A DNA stretch of 64,000 nucleotides, taken from Octopus sinensis (lineage: Eukaryota). The translations under genes and the position numbers were made by a program. The notes below the pieces were generated by a model, which was not told the DNA's origin, ran no database searches, and saw only the letters and a program-made list of their open reading frames with translations. Location: NCBI RefSeq assembly GCF_006345805.1, contig NC_043006.1:31434001-31498000 (forward strand), written 5' to 3'. Positions within the stretch are counted from its first letter, which is position 1, and every line of letters starts with the position of its first letter. Below, piece after piece: positions 25,633 through 39,490 of this stretch.

Positions 25633-25918
25633 CAAAATGTAATAATGGATGTTCTGTTAGAACACCGTATACTGCGTTATTAGCCTTCAGAGATCGTCTC
25701 ATAGAGGCACATTGAAGCATAAAACACACACATAGATCGCAGCAGACGAAATTCATCAGTCATGGGCGCCGGAATTCACATATCACGTGATTTCAGTTCA
25801 TTGGACGTCATCAGTGGAGAGCATCGATCACATCATGCCAGTCAAATTTCAGGCGTTGGAGTCGCAAATAAGCAGCAGGCTTATCTAAAAAAATTATATA
25901 TATATGTATGTATATATA

Positions 25919-26013
25919 TTTCCCTTCTTTCCTGAGCGTCCAATAATACTTTATTTGTTCCACGTCCTTGCGTTGTTGTGTTTTTTGTTTTTGTTTTCTT
26001 GTTTGGATTAACT
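25919..26013 (+). mobile_element. 3' fragment of the 7603-7792 family (no hammerhead), within (TA)n
   Basis: TTCCTGAGCGTCCAATAATACT.TATTTGTTCCACGTCCT.GCGTT.TTGTG...GTTTGGAT.AACT, near-identical to 7708-7792. Confidence 0.8.
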
Positions 26014-26014
26014 T

Positions 26015-26075
<61 letters not shown>

Positions 26076-27204
26076 CCGTGTGCAAATGTCTTTTAAATCT
26101 GGAATCATCCGAATCGAGCGATCCCTACAGACGAGTCTACGGAATTAGCTGAAACTGACCGATCGGTATAGGGAATTCTCGGCCGGTGCTTTTGGACGAC
26201 TAGAGTCCCTGTCAGGACATATGCATACAATTACTAGCTTTAACAACAGCATTAGAGCTTTTTGCTCTTATTTCTAGCAATTTAAGTATTCTAACACCCT
26301 AGTCATATTTAGGGACAATGATATATATGTATATGTATATGTGTGTGTGTGTGGTGTCAATCAAATACTGTAGCAGATATAAGCGATTGTTCCCTTCTCC
26401 GTACAGACTGGAATTTTATTGCTAGGGCATGGTGGTGGTGCTGTGGGGGGGCGCTAGTTGATAACATGGACCCCAAGAGAGACTCCCCCTTAGGTTTATT
26501 TTCGTTTTGCAGTTCTCGAAACAGCACCACATGCGTCACAGTGACAGTGATGATGATAATGATGATGGTGATGGTGGTGGTGATAGTGGTGAATAATTTC
26601 TTCTGTCATTGTAGTAACATAACTGAGTCTGCTAGTAGCAATTTTATGGTTATGTATATAGTAGTGGTGGTGGAGGGGGGGGGAGTAATTCGGCCCCGTA
26701 CCACTTGCTAGCCTTACGATCGGAATGTGCCAGTGTCTGTTTCGTTTCCCCAGTTGGTGTGTATAAGGGCAGCGGTTTCTCACCCGGTCCTTCTGCCTGT
26801 GTATTTATGAATGTATGGAGGTATTTATGAAGGTATTTGTGTCGGGATTATTTTAAGGGTAATTAACGGGTATGTTACAAACATTTAATCTGATGGATTA
26901 GTTTCAGTAGATATATGAACATAGCTTATTCCACCCCTCTCCGTGCGTGCGTGTGTTTGAGTGCCTGTGTATTTTTGCACAACACACTACTCACATGGTG
27001 TAACCTGTGTATTGTGGGTTGCGCTTTGTTCTGTCATATTTGACGACCTATTTTAAGTTGGCCGGCCACAATCGATGGCGTGTTGAGCTGCACTTTTTAA
27101 CGGCATCGTGTGGCTCAAAGTTCAATAAATATTTACGTTTGGGGCACAAATATATAGTTGATTTCATATAAGAATACATATCTATTACATACTATATACG
27201 ACCG

Positions 27205-27475
27205 GGAGGCATGTGGCCTTGTAGTTAGGGTGTTGCTCGGGCGATCGTGGGTTCGATTCCCTGACCGTGCGGCGCGTTGTGTTCTTGAGCAAAACACTTT
27301 ATGTTACGTTGCTGCAGCCCTCTCAGCTGCGACCGATCGGGGAAGCGGGTATTTTGGCCTGCTCGCCCATCACTCGAAAGCTAAACGACGCAAAGCGCGT
27401 TGTGGCCAGCGATGTATAACAACGCCTGATAGTTTGGTCGATCACGTGATATACGACTGAGATAAATAACCAAGT
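27205..27475 (+). mobile_element. tRNA-headed SINE (family C variant)
   Basis: GGAGGCATGTGGCCTTGTAGTTAGGG head, GGGTTCGATTCCC B box, TTGTGTTCTTGAGCAAAACACTT central domain. Confidence 0.7.
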
Positions 27476-28908
27476 GACCTTTGGCGCTAAGGACGTATTC
27501 ATGGTCAATTGCTAAACACTATTGAGATTAGGGAACGGTAGAAAACGAGGTTGTGGCATTCATGCTTTTCTGAATGACATTAAAGGCGTATGCGCAGTGA
27601 AAGAGCGAGTAAGACAGGTGTAAAAGTCGATCTTTTAAGAGGATTATAGTCAAGAGACTAGGCCGTTGTATGTTAGTTAAGGTAACACTGATCCTTTCAC
27701 GATTCCTCAGGATACATTGGATAATGATCTGTTGTAACCCTGGGGTTCGTGGATGGAGAAACAAACCTATCCCTACTTCCCATGGATAGAATGCGAGTCT
27801 ATCACAAGAAGCAGCTCCCTCAAGATTCAGGTAGAGTCTATGTCTTCAAACGGCGAACTGAGCTTATAACGAAACACTTGAAGGGATATGAATCAGGATT
27901 GGCCGGTCAAAGAATGACGATATCCACTTGGTAAGGCTTTCACCAGTTGCCGATAAAACTAGGTCCATTCAAAACTATATTGTTTCTATTGTCCAAGGAA
28001 TATCAATCGATTGATCATCTTTAAGTTACTTTGTACCTTTCAGGTTTCAAACACTCCTAGATAATGTTGCTGTTTATTATACACAGAGACAATTTCATTG
28101 ACGTTTCTCGTATGTAAGGCTCCACCGTGTTTCTATTTACTATGCAGAATATCTCCCTAGAGTATTATTGCATTGAATGAGCCTTGTTTCCGTCTTGGAA
28201 ACAAGCTTTGTCAGTGTGGCGAGAAATTCGTGAAATAAATCTATAAATATGAGGAGCGCACACAAACATATTAACCCAATGATAGTTCTCCGTGTTGCTA
28301 GGTAAAGTAAATAATAGATATTTAAAGCTGAGTTGCTACTCAGGATTTCTTCAAGCGAAAAATGATCGGGAATAAGAAGCTCCAAACAGACACACACACA
28401 CACACACGGCAAGGAGAGAGAGAGAGATGCAGCTTCCAAAATTGTCTGACGAGTGTTATTTAATTACTATTGAGCGTACAGTCTGTTGCCATTTACAACT
28501 GCTTTCCAACATTGTGCTAATATAAATACATACATACACACACACACACACATATATGTGTGTGTGGATATGTGTATATATGAACTCATACGTCAGCAGT
28601 TACTGCTCCTCGCGGAACCCAGACCTGTTGGCGCTACAAACTCTTCTGGAGTTTATTGCTATTGTTTCTGATGCAGATCCTTATAATTTCCTGCAGATTT
28701 GGGATTTTATAATACACCCACACTCAACACGGGGTACGTTAACTTATTTTTTCGGTTGCGTGCATGTACGTAAGATAGGATCTTCATGCACAGTAATTTA
28801 ACCTACAATATTTCGAAACCATTGAATTCTGTAAGAGTGGCCAAAATCGTATGCTTATAGACGAAGCACTCTATAATCCCAGTTGTGGTCACAATGTATG
28901 TATGCATG

Positions 28909-28939
<31 letters not shown>

Positions 28940-29928
28940 TGTGTGTGTGTGTGTGTTGTGAGTGTATGCTTGCATATTCAGTAACATGTTGACGTATGTG
29001 TGAGTATGTGTTGCGTGCGCATGTATGCGTGTACAAGTTTCAGGTTGCAAACATGGTCAAGATTTTCGCTTGGCCATCACTTGGCGTCAGGTGAAATGGT
29101 CAAGAATTTTACTTGACCATCGCTTGGTGTTAGGTTGGATCTCTGACTTGATAACTTGGTCTTCAGCCAGAGCTTCGAGTGGGTCAAAGCCTTTAAGTGA
29201 AATATTGGGGAGAAGAAACCTGCCCGTGAGATTTAAAGGAACCTCATAATAAAGCAATGTGTTTCTTTCATTCTTCCTAAGAATTATGTTCGAGGCACAA
29301 GTGTCTATGGTGTACTCAGCCTTACTTACACTAGAGGATTCAGTTGACTGGACATCAGCAGTAGTCATTCACTTTGAAATATCATGTTTAGCTAAGTTAC
29401 CTCAGTAAACCGAAACCACACGCTATATCACTACAAGCTACACATACCGAAGTCCTAATCCTGTCTACCCATAACCATTTACTTATGCTTACTTCGTTAA
29501 ACTTTACATCAAGCATATACATTCTGTTTTGCCATCATTCACCACCAGCTTTCGTCATTCAACTTTAGTCTTTTTATCTTGGTTGCATTCTTTTTTAGTC
29601 TTCATCACCTTCGTCAACCATCATCAGCAATTTTCATTTTCAGTTTTGTGAAATTATTTTATTTTTATCATTCTTTCATTTAAATTCTTCTCTTTATCCA
29701 TGTAATGCTTTCTTTTATTTTTGTTTCAACATTTTACTTTTTCTCAGATTTCGATTTCCTTCTCACATTTCCTTATCCTTATTTTTCTTTTTCTTCTTTC
29801 ATTGTGCCTCTTACTTCACACACACACACATACACACATACACATACACATACGTAAGCCACACACATGCATATGCATGACCCCATACGCATCCTCTAAA
29901 CTTATTGCATGCGTCAATCTTATAACAG

Positions 29929-30235
29929 TTCCAAATTTTGCCAAAAGGGCAGCAGTTTGCTGGGAGGGGATGAGTCGATTACATCAATCTCAATGTTTCA
30001 TTCGTACTTAATTTATCGACCCCGAAAAGATGTAAGGCAAAATCGACCTCGGCGGAATTTGAACTCAGAACGTAGCGAGGATGAAATACCTATTTCTTTA
30101 CTACCCACAAGGGACTAAACACAGAGAGGACAAACAAGGACAGACAAACGGATTAAGTCGATTATATCGACCCCAGTGCGTAGCGGCAGATGAAATACCG
30201 CTAAGCATTTTGCTCGCTGTGTTAACGACTACCAA
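29929..30235 (-). mobile_element. SINE family B with a second family-B 3' fragment nested inside
   Basis: The consensus is interrupted at 30091-30179 between two copies of GTAGCG..GATGAAATACC. Confidence 0.75.
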
Positions 30236-31078
30236 ACCGTAATAATTAGAGTGAAAGAAACAGTTCTCGATCATTTTAATATACATGAACGACGCCCCCC
30301 CCCCCCCGCTTTTTATAATATGAACATTAAACTGGTCAACAGATTTTCAGGTACCCTCTCCAACCTGAATATATATAGGGTAGTGTAATGTAACCAGCAT
30401 TCTGATTTTACTTTCATTTTTTTTTCTTGGGTTCCTTCGCAAGACATTGACAACTGTTTGTTTATAACATTTCGTCATCATCGTCATCATTTTGTGTAAA
30501 CTGTAGTTTTAGTTGTCGTCGCCATTGAAACTGTATTCATCACTAATGGTAAAACAATAATATACAAAATTAAATGAATAAATAAAACGAGGATTTCCTT
30601 CAAACACTTCCTACCAAACTCCATAAATTACCGGAAGACGGATTTGAAATTCTGTTAAGCCATGTCGAAGATCTGTTTATAGCTGGAGACATTTTATGGC
30701 GACGTGGGAGAGTATATAAGATAGCCGAGCAGGTGAAGTATAGGTGGTGCAGTGGTGACCAAAGAAGGCAGAGAAAGTTACGGTGGTAGTTATGATAGTG
30801 TGGGAGTAGCAATGGTGTAGAGGCGAATCGAAAGTTGCGAAACTGACGGATCGAGGAAGGGGGTGAAACGCTAGGACAGATTCTATAAATGTCTCTAATT
30901 AGAACAGGATATCTGAGGTAAACATTGCTTTGCGTGGTGGTGGTGGTGGTGGTGTTGGTGTTGGTAGTAGTAGTAGTAGTAGTAGTAGCAGCAGTAGCAG
31001 CAGTTCCTGGTGCTGTTTAAATCCAGGTTCTGAACGTGGCACCCAATCTTAATTATACACAACTACAACATTTGATGT

Positions 31079-31390
31079 GGAGACACATGGCGTAGTGGTT
31101 AGAGCAGCAGACTCGCGGTCGAGATATCGCGTGTTCGAATTTCAGACTGGGTGATGTGTGTGCTTATGAGCAAAACACCTTAGCTTCACGCGGCTCCGGC
31201 AGAAGGTAATGGCGACTCTTCTGCTGACTCTTTCGTCCCAACCTTTTCTCACTCTTTCCTCCTGCTTCTGGCAGCTCACCTGCGGCGGACCGGCCACCCG
31301 TCTAGGTGGGGAACCTATACGCCAAGGAAACCGGGAAACCGGCCCTTATGAGCCAAACAAGGCTCGAGAAGGAACAAACAACAACAACAA
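31079..31390 (+). mobile_element. tRNA-headed SINE (family C variant) with (ACA)n tail
   Basis: TGGCGTAGTGGTTAGAGC A box, GTTCGAATTT B-box-like motif, GGAAACCGGGAAACCGGCCC.TATGAGCC tail shared with 38041 and 49921. Confidence 0.75.
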
Positions 31391-31404
31391 TATTTGATGA
31401 ATCC

Positions 31405-31622
31405 AAGGAAGCGAGCTGGCAGGCTCGTTAGTGAGTCGGACAAAATGCTTAGCAGCATTTCTTCCGACTCTTTACGTTCTGAGTTAAAATCTCGCCGTGA
31501 TCAACTTCGCCTTTCATCCTTTCGAGGTCGATAAAATAAAGAAGCAGTCAAATGCTGGGGTTGATGTAAACGACGTTCCCTCCTCCCTTCAAAATCGCTG
31601 GCCTTGTGCCAAAATTAGAATT
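31405..31622 (+). mobile_element. SINE family B
   Basis: GCGAGCTGGCAGG, CAAAATGCTTAGC, CTTTCATCCTTTCGAGGTCGATAAAATAA and GGCCTTGTGCCAAAATTAG. Confidence 0.8.
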
Positions 31623-31929
31623 ATCTAATGAATCCTCCCTTTTTAAGATACTAAGGTGTGGTGGAGGGGGGGCGCAATTTGCTATGTGGAACGATTGCCT
31701 TGGCTCTTAGTTAAGTAGTGGTTTTTGGTGGTGGCTTTTAAGGAAATCAATAACTGAGATGGGACAGGGGCAAGGAGAAATTAGCGATTCGGTGTGGGAT
31801 AGACTATGCAAGGAGAATGATTGGGGTTGAGCCGTTGAGGGACAAATAAAAATATTTAAACGATGGGGGCGCTGTTTATTTAATATCCTGAATAAACACT
31901 TACTGTGATTTCATATATATATATATACA

Positions 31930-31983
<54 letters not shown>

Positions 31984-32131
31984 TATGTGTGTGTGTCTGT
32001 GTATACATATATATATATATATTAGATGTGTGTGTGTAGTTTTATATAGTCTAAAGTGGATAAGGGGGAACAGTCGGCAAAGAGTATTTATATTACTTTC
32101 TGCTGTGTGACAGAAGGAAAACAAAATACTC

Positions 32132-32199
<68 letters not shown>

Positions 32200-33161
32200 C
32201 GCGTGCGTGCGTGCGTACGTATCTGCATCTCAAACACCTTGTCTCATTTCCCAGCGTGTAAAAAGAAGTCCGTTCGTGCCATCGCTGTAAATGTTATGAC
32301 AATCTGACTCAATCTTTCAACTCTTCTTTCTCAATTCGTCTTACACCGTCAACCCCCTTCTCTTCTCACCACCTCTTCCTCTTCCTCCATCTTCTCTTTC
32401 TCGCTCCCTTTCCTTATTTCATTAGTTCTTTTTTCTTATTATTCTTTTTTGTCACTCACTCACTCTTTAACTACTCTCTCCCCGCCACAACTCATTCATT
32501 TCTCGCCACTATTTCTAAATTCTCTCCCTCACAATTCTACAATTCATTCACTCGAATCCCATGGCGATCCCCTTCTTCAATGGATCATGGATCCTTTCAT
32601 GACTCTGCTTCCCGATCAATCTTCTGACGTTTAAGACTCTTTTGGCGTTGTCTTGGCGATTTCTCTCTACAACCCGGCTAACTTCGGAGTGACTTTAAAA
32701 TGACGACGACTTGGGAAATACAAACTTTCTTTCTTTCTTTCTTTCTTTTTCTTCACCCTCCCTCTCTCTCTCTATTGTCATGGACTATCACAGATGATAC
32801 TCCTTGGTTTGCTCCAACAGACCGATTTATGTTTTTTTTACATATTCTGTGTCTTCCAGTTTCTTTTATGTCCTGAATTCAAATTCCACCGAGGTCAGCT
32901 TTGCCTTTTGTCTGTTCGGAATCGGCGAAATACTGGGATCGATGCAATCGACTGATCCGTTCTCCATAGCATTGCCGCCCTTGCGCCAACATTTCAGAGA
33001 AATATATTCCATGTACGTGTGGGACTTCGTGTGTTTGTGCTCGTTGGAATTTCAACTTCCAAAATTAATTTTAAAACCAGAAACCATTCAAACCACCGCA
33101 AGTTTATTGGGAAATAATTTTCAAAACCATAATCAATAATACATGAAACTTATAGTTCAAC

Positions 33162-33582
33162 CTGCGCTGGATTAACCATTAAGCAAAATAAGCACGTGCT
33201 TAGGGCATCATGGGAAGGGGTTCAGCAAAGAAAGGGTAAATGGTTTACGGCACAAAAGTAATCACTTTAAACTTGCTTAAATAATATTCTAAGTGGTTTA
33301 TTTGATCAGAAATATAATTCCGAAGTGTTCATGATGTCATAGTGAGAATCTGATCAAAGACTTTGCAATTAAAAAAAGGAGAAAACTTTTCAAATATAAA
33401 TAAAATGGAAATATACAAAAATATGCAAAAATATTTTCCGTTTTTCTGTTTTGTTTAAATTTGAAAAATGAAAAATTATTTTATGGTTTATTATTGTTTA
33501 CATTTTGAATGACATATATATATATGAGAGCACCAAAATCTTGTACATTCTTAGGGCCTCAATGGGTCTTAATCCAGCCCTG
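33162..33582. mobile_element. hAT-like MITE (Tip100-type ends) with 8-bp TSD
   Basis: TIRs are CTGCGCTGGATTAA and the reverse complement CAGGGCTGGATTAA (12/14). Flanks are AGTTCAAC (33154-61) and AGTTCAGC (33583-90). Confidence 0.75.
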
Positions 33583-36500
33583 AGTTCAGCTGTTGATTTT
33601 AGTCCCAGGTTATGTCACATTAAGCAGCTTGATGATCAAAAACATTTCGCTTATAATTATCGAATATTATCTTCAAGATCATTCTATTTTTTTTAATGCT
33701 TTCGGGACATATTTGGCTGTTATTTCTACTAGGTCGATCGACCACATAGATGCTCTCTCAAGCGCATCCTATACAGTAGTAAAGTTTACAGAATATGGAG
33801 GAAACATTGGTGAGATGATTCACTGAGGCAATTTCCATCCTCTTTTTTATAATCGCAAATGTCATTCATCATTCCAATAATAGATTGTGGGTCAATCTAG
33901 AGCTTTTATGTAGTCACTCAGCCTATGGAACACAGCATTCAACTCTCCCTCAAAACACAGTGACGTTTTAAATAAGGTATCGGACAACTCAGACCTTGAT
34001 ATATCCCAATAAGACTGAAAGGTGACGGGAAAGGACCTCGTTGATGATAAGTCTTTTCGAACTGGAGCAAAACAGTACCAGAACATAGCCATCTTTGTAT
34101 CATGCTTAATGTATGCATACAGTCTATAAGCCAGTCACCGCATATTTGCCCTGAGATAACATGATTTGGCCTTGCTGTGTTAAAAACACAACAAAGAGCA
34201 AAGAACCAAAAGTTCGCCCCAGCAGTGGTCATCGAGAACGCCAAGTGCATTTCGGTCTGTTTGAGCCCTTTCAATAGCGTATACTGTTTCAATTTCGTAT
34301 ACCAGATTACTATAACATGTTTAGTATTGCGTTTGAGGAAGGAACTAATTAATAACAGGAGAACCATAAACTCATTTTGAATGAATATCAAAACGTTTGG
34401 GCAATTCTAACAATTGTTCTGTAAAGAAATGATTGTCTGCAAAGGAATGTCTGGGTTTTATTTGCTTAGTCGGAGAGGGAAGGGCAGCATCCCAAACACT
34501 TTTTGTCTTTACTCAGGGCTTTGGAGTCTGGTAGGAAGACGTTATTCACAAATCGGGGTTACCATAACTCGAATGTTTGCGACAGATCAAACTCTGCTAA
34601 AGTCATGCAAGGATCGGGTGGTGGCGTTTAAGCCGAGTAACGGATAAAATCTGCTGCCCAAGAACTCAGAATGCAAAGAATCAGAACAAACTACAGCGTT
34701 TCGTCGTTGAAATATGAGGGAAATATAGCTACTGGCTTTAGCAGGTTGAACGATTGCATAGAAGGTTACTTTTTATATCTCCTGCTGCAGAAACAGCAAC
34801 TGAAATATTCTGGCCTTTCTCATAACCTTCTAAATCATTGTTGGCAGGCCAGGAAGGGAGTCTACGTATTTGCTAGACATGCTAGTAACAGCAATCAAGT
34901 GACTCTTAAAAATACACCATACTCGTAAAAATGAAAACACTCATTTGATAATGTAGTTGTAGTCTGGTGGTAGACACAAAATGTCTCCCAAATGATTGAA
35001 TGTTCATGGCTGGAACGCATCTGATTGTAAATCTGCTGAGTCAAGGTTGCCGTGGGGCTAATCATAAACAATGCTATATAGAGATAAAAGGAAAATGGGT
35101 ACAACCGGAAAAGGAAATTGGATTGCAGCCATAGCTTCTCTGAAGCTGACTTTCGCCAGGAAGGGCTAGAAAAAAATGGCCGCTAGTAGCCCATGGCTCA
35201 CTTTTACTCCTGTCACCCAAAATTCAAAGATAAATAGATAAAATAACGCTAAAAATAATGAAGACATTACATTTTCTCTCTCTCTCATATGTAGTACACA
35301 TTCGCATACACATCTACATATACACGTACTTGTGTATTTGTATGTATGTGTGCATGCACACACACACACAATTATATATATGCAGGCACACATCATCCTC
35401 TCTCACTCTTTCACCATATATATATATGTGTGTGTGTGTGTACGTGTGTGGTGTATTATACACATATGCTTATATGCACATATTCGTACATTAGACACAA
35501 AAATACACACTAAACTTTTTCTGCGAACTTTCTATCAATCTTTTCTTTTTTTTTTCACTATCTTCAACTGTTCTAAAAGTTGTTGGGAGAAAGGGTGAGA
35601 CAGAGATAGAGAAAGAGAGAGGGAGAGAGAGAGAACCTACCACCCATAGCCACACACCGAACGAATACCACCCAAATCTGAACTAGAGTGTGTGAAGGTT
35701 GAGAGATGAAAGTAACTTTAGCTTTTGCTGCGCCCATATGAATACATTTAAAGGTTGTTGATCAAAAGAGACTTTCAAATGAATTGAAAACCCTGGAGAG
35801 GCGACTCTAGATTTATACGCGGCTTTTTTTAATACCTATTACCAAAGAAAATAGACCAACGTTGCTCTTTTGTTTTTGTATATATGTTTGTTTTTATTGA
35901 TGTGGTGGGTGATAGCGAATGTCCAAAACAACAGAATGGGAAAAATGTATCCTTGACTTCAAAATCTACACAAGAGTTTTGAGCAATAAGTTCAGAAATG
36001 CTTTCATCCCTTGTCAATAGTGAAGCAGCTTTTAATTTATCTCCTTGTAGTTTCTGAATAAATTCTATTGGGAGTAAAAGAGGAAATGGGGGATTGTCTG
36101 TTAGACTGAATATCTTTTTATATATATTCATATATATATATATATGTATATGCTGTTTCCAACGTAAAGTCAAATGTTTCAGACTGTGTATCTTTTCTAA
36201 ACATTTTTTCGTCTAAGCTGAATGCATATCATTAGTTGAGCATATGGACAGAACGTCGGGCCCATACAACTTCACACTTGTTGATTCAGTTATTATTGTA
36301 CATTAAAAATACGTATTCACATGAACCTGGGAGAAAAACGGTATACTCTAGACGAACTGAACCAGGAATTCACTTTCCCCAGTTGAAAACTTCTCTTCGA
36401 GGAGGTTGGAAACAGCCCAGTTCCTTACATTTTCTACTCTTGAGCTAAATCTCTGAGAGTCGCTATGAATGCAAGACCTCACAGTCACCGATGATCTCTC

Positions 36501-37810
36501 ACAGCATCTTTCTCCTCCGCACACAATAACATTTCCCCAAAAATGTGCCATAAAAATTATGATCCTCTTTCAGAACCAGAATATCAATCACCTTTGACAA
36601 ATTGCTAATAATCTACAAATCTGGAGTATGACTGACACCGGAGGATTGGTCACATCTATAAGATGATATTGCTGCTGCATCGACTGAATCCGAAAGATTT
36701 TCGGCTGATTAGCAAAGATTTAAACACCAGATAAGTTTGACACTTCGATGTCTTCAGACAAACACTAAACTTTCAAAATGTTCCTACTTTTAGATAATCA
36801 TATAATGGATGTAGATATATCATACGTCAAAGTAGAACTTTGATGAATATTATATCACCTGTGTGTTGAATAGCAATTCTCTTATTGTTCTAGCTTAGAG
36901 AAGGATGGGATGTTCGACGATTAAACACACACATACACACACAGTTCTCTCTCAATTGTTCTTTGAAGATGGAAGCCCTTCGAAAATAACTGACCTCACT
37001 TTCGTTTCCCATTCCACCGACATAATAGGTGATAATCAATTTCCTGAAATAAAATCTGGTATTTTTTTTCAATAGCTAAAGTAAATGAAAATCGCAGGAT
37101 AAAGTGACCTGGTCAAAAATACTAGTTTGGGTCTCGTTCATTCTTCAATTTTTGAAGAAGGAGTCACTACCTGGTCGCACGTTCTGCAAGAAATAGCGGC
37201 CAAATCTCCCTCAAACCAGACCCTGTGAGCTCAAAATGTAAAAGGAAAGATACTAGGGAACTTGCGATGATGAATGTCCTGAGGTAAAATAATTTCTCTT
37301 GGCACAAAGTGCAAAGGACCCTACAATCCAACGAGTTCTTCATCTAAACAGTAAGATGTGATTTTGAAGTCGATTTAGTTGCTGTTTCTAGCAGACAGAG
37401 CGATTACGTAGAGGCACCTGTGTTGTTGCTGTTGTTAATGCGGTGCTGTCGGTAGCATTAGCGTTGTTTGATGCCATCATGTAAAAATACTCCACATTAA
37501 TCAAAGAGTGGTGGATAATTAAATTAGAAAGGGTTATAAACATAAATATTACTTATAAAGTTTTATTAATTATATTAATTAATCATTTCTTTTTGATTTG
37601 GCACACGGCTATTTTCTTAAGGGTTTGAGATGGGGGCCTCTTAAAACTCCCCCCGTCCTTTATACGCCTGAGTGTGTGCGTAATTATATACACTTGTGCT
37701 TGTTTGCGTTCAGACTTGCACAAGTATGGCTGTATATGTTACATCAATTTCATGCACACCGACACACATATAATTATATCTGTGTATGTGACTGCACAGA
37801 CACAGACACA

Positions 37811-37875
<65 letters not shown>

Positions 37876-37979
37876 CAATGTATATAGATACACATTTTAC
37901 ATGTGGTTTAGCGCAATAAACCTACATTGAGTTTTAATGCAACCAGCTATTTGACTGCATAAATCATATTATATTGTGA

Positions 37980-38038
<59 letters not shown>

Positions 38039-38040
38039 GA

Positions 38041-38288
38041 TAAATGCGCCCTTTTAAAACCTAGCCAGGCTCATGGGCCCGGTTTCCCGGTTTCAATGGC
38101 GTATGTGTTCCCCAGCTGGACGGGACGCCAGTCCATCGCAGCATTACTTATTTTTGCCAGCTGAGTGGACTGGAGCAACATGAAATGAAGTGTTTTGCTC
38201 AAGAACACAACGCGTCGCTCGGTCCAGGAATCGAAACCACAATTTTACGATCATGATGCTGACATTATAACCACTAAGCCACGCGCCT

Positions 38289-38290
<2 letters not shown>
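38041..38290 (-). mobile_element. SINE family C, young copy
   Basis: On the minus strand: GGAGGCGCGTGGCTTAGTGGTT, TTTCGATTCCTGG, TTGTGTTCTTGAGCAAAACACTT and GGGCCCATGAGCCTGGCTAGG. Close to 47876 and 49921. Confidence 0.85.
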
Positions 38291-38386
<96 letters not shown>

Positions 38387-38497
38387 TATATATTTGCTAT
38401 TATGTTAAACTGTAGTATGTCAAATTTGGCTAAACGCATTGTTTTGTTTTTGTTTTTGTTTTCAATATCTAATTTTTATCATTCTCGGTACTTGTCC

Positions 38498-38622
38498 TCA
38501 AATTGCACTGTCCTCAGATTGACATCCAAACACTCTGAAATGTTCGTATTAAGGCTTCCGGCGCGAATGCCAAGCAATATTGCATGCCATTTCCAAATTT
38601 CTGGCGGAGCGAATTGCGCCAT
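38498..38622 (-). pseudogene. Tc1/mariner-superfamily transposase N-terminal (HTH) relic
   Basis: MAQFAPPEIWKWHAILLGIRAGSLNTNISECLDVNLRTVQ, with an HTH-like I.ECL.VNLRTVQ motif. I recall this as the N-terminus of the family whose C-terminus lies at 43445. The frame terminates shortly after. Confidence 0.55.
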
Positions 38623-39169
38623 GATGCTGTTTTTCTCACAGACGGTACCCAACTGACCCTACTATACTGTGTAGTATTTTGGTCAAACTATCGTATCACA
38701 ACTGCTTCAGATGGTAAGATATGAACATTGTCAAATTGTAGTACAACGGTTTAGCATTTTTCAAAAGTGTAGTAAGTCCCACATACGACAGTTTTGCAAA
38801 AATATTTCTGACTGAAAATATCATACATGCATGGAGTTACGATTATATGTACCCAAGAAAGAATTATTGCTAAGCTAAAACTGTTGCCAATGGAATGGTG
38901 AAACCATTTTTTCGTTTTCTGAAAAAGCAACGTTTTGGACTTACGACACTTTTGCATAATAGCAACGATATGTTGTCACAGACATCCGTGCAGTATGGTA
39001 TATGGCTAACACATATTCACAGATACACATATCTATCCACAAACACACCTATACATACACACACACATAACTTAAACACATGCGTACCTTCCCATAAATA
39101 GATTATAAAATACACTTTCATGCAAGTGCACGCTGCATACACACACACACACACATATGTATATATAGT

Positions 39170-39490
39170 GAAGGCGCGTGGTTAGTGGTTAGGGCATTCG
39201 GCTCACGATTGTAAGGTCGTGAGTTCAATCCCCAGTGACGCATCGTGTCCTTGAGCAAGACACTTTATTTCACGTTGCTCCAATCCACTCAGCTGGCAAG
39301 AATGAGTAGTGCCTGTATTTCAAAGGTCCAGCCAATGTCACATTCTGAGTATGCTGAATCTTCCTGAGTACTGTGACAAGGGTACACCTGTCTGTGGAGT
39401 ACTCAGCCACTTGCTCGTTAATTTCACGCGCAAGCTGTTCCGTTGATCGTATCAGCTGGAACCCTCGTCGTTGTAACCGAGGAGTGCTCC
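39170..39490 (+). mobile_element. tRNA-headed SINE with CORE-like domain (different tail from family C)
   Basis: GAAGGCGCGTGGTTAGTGGTTAGGG, GAGTTCAATCCCC, GTGTCCTTGAGCAAGACACTTT and TTGCTCCAATCCACTCAGCTGG. Confidence 0.8.

Noticed and set aside
26755-26790. TATA-like TATAAGGG followed by a pyrimidine initiator-like run
   Set aside because: Such motifs are expected by chance in AT-rich DNA, and no downstream exon could be supported.
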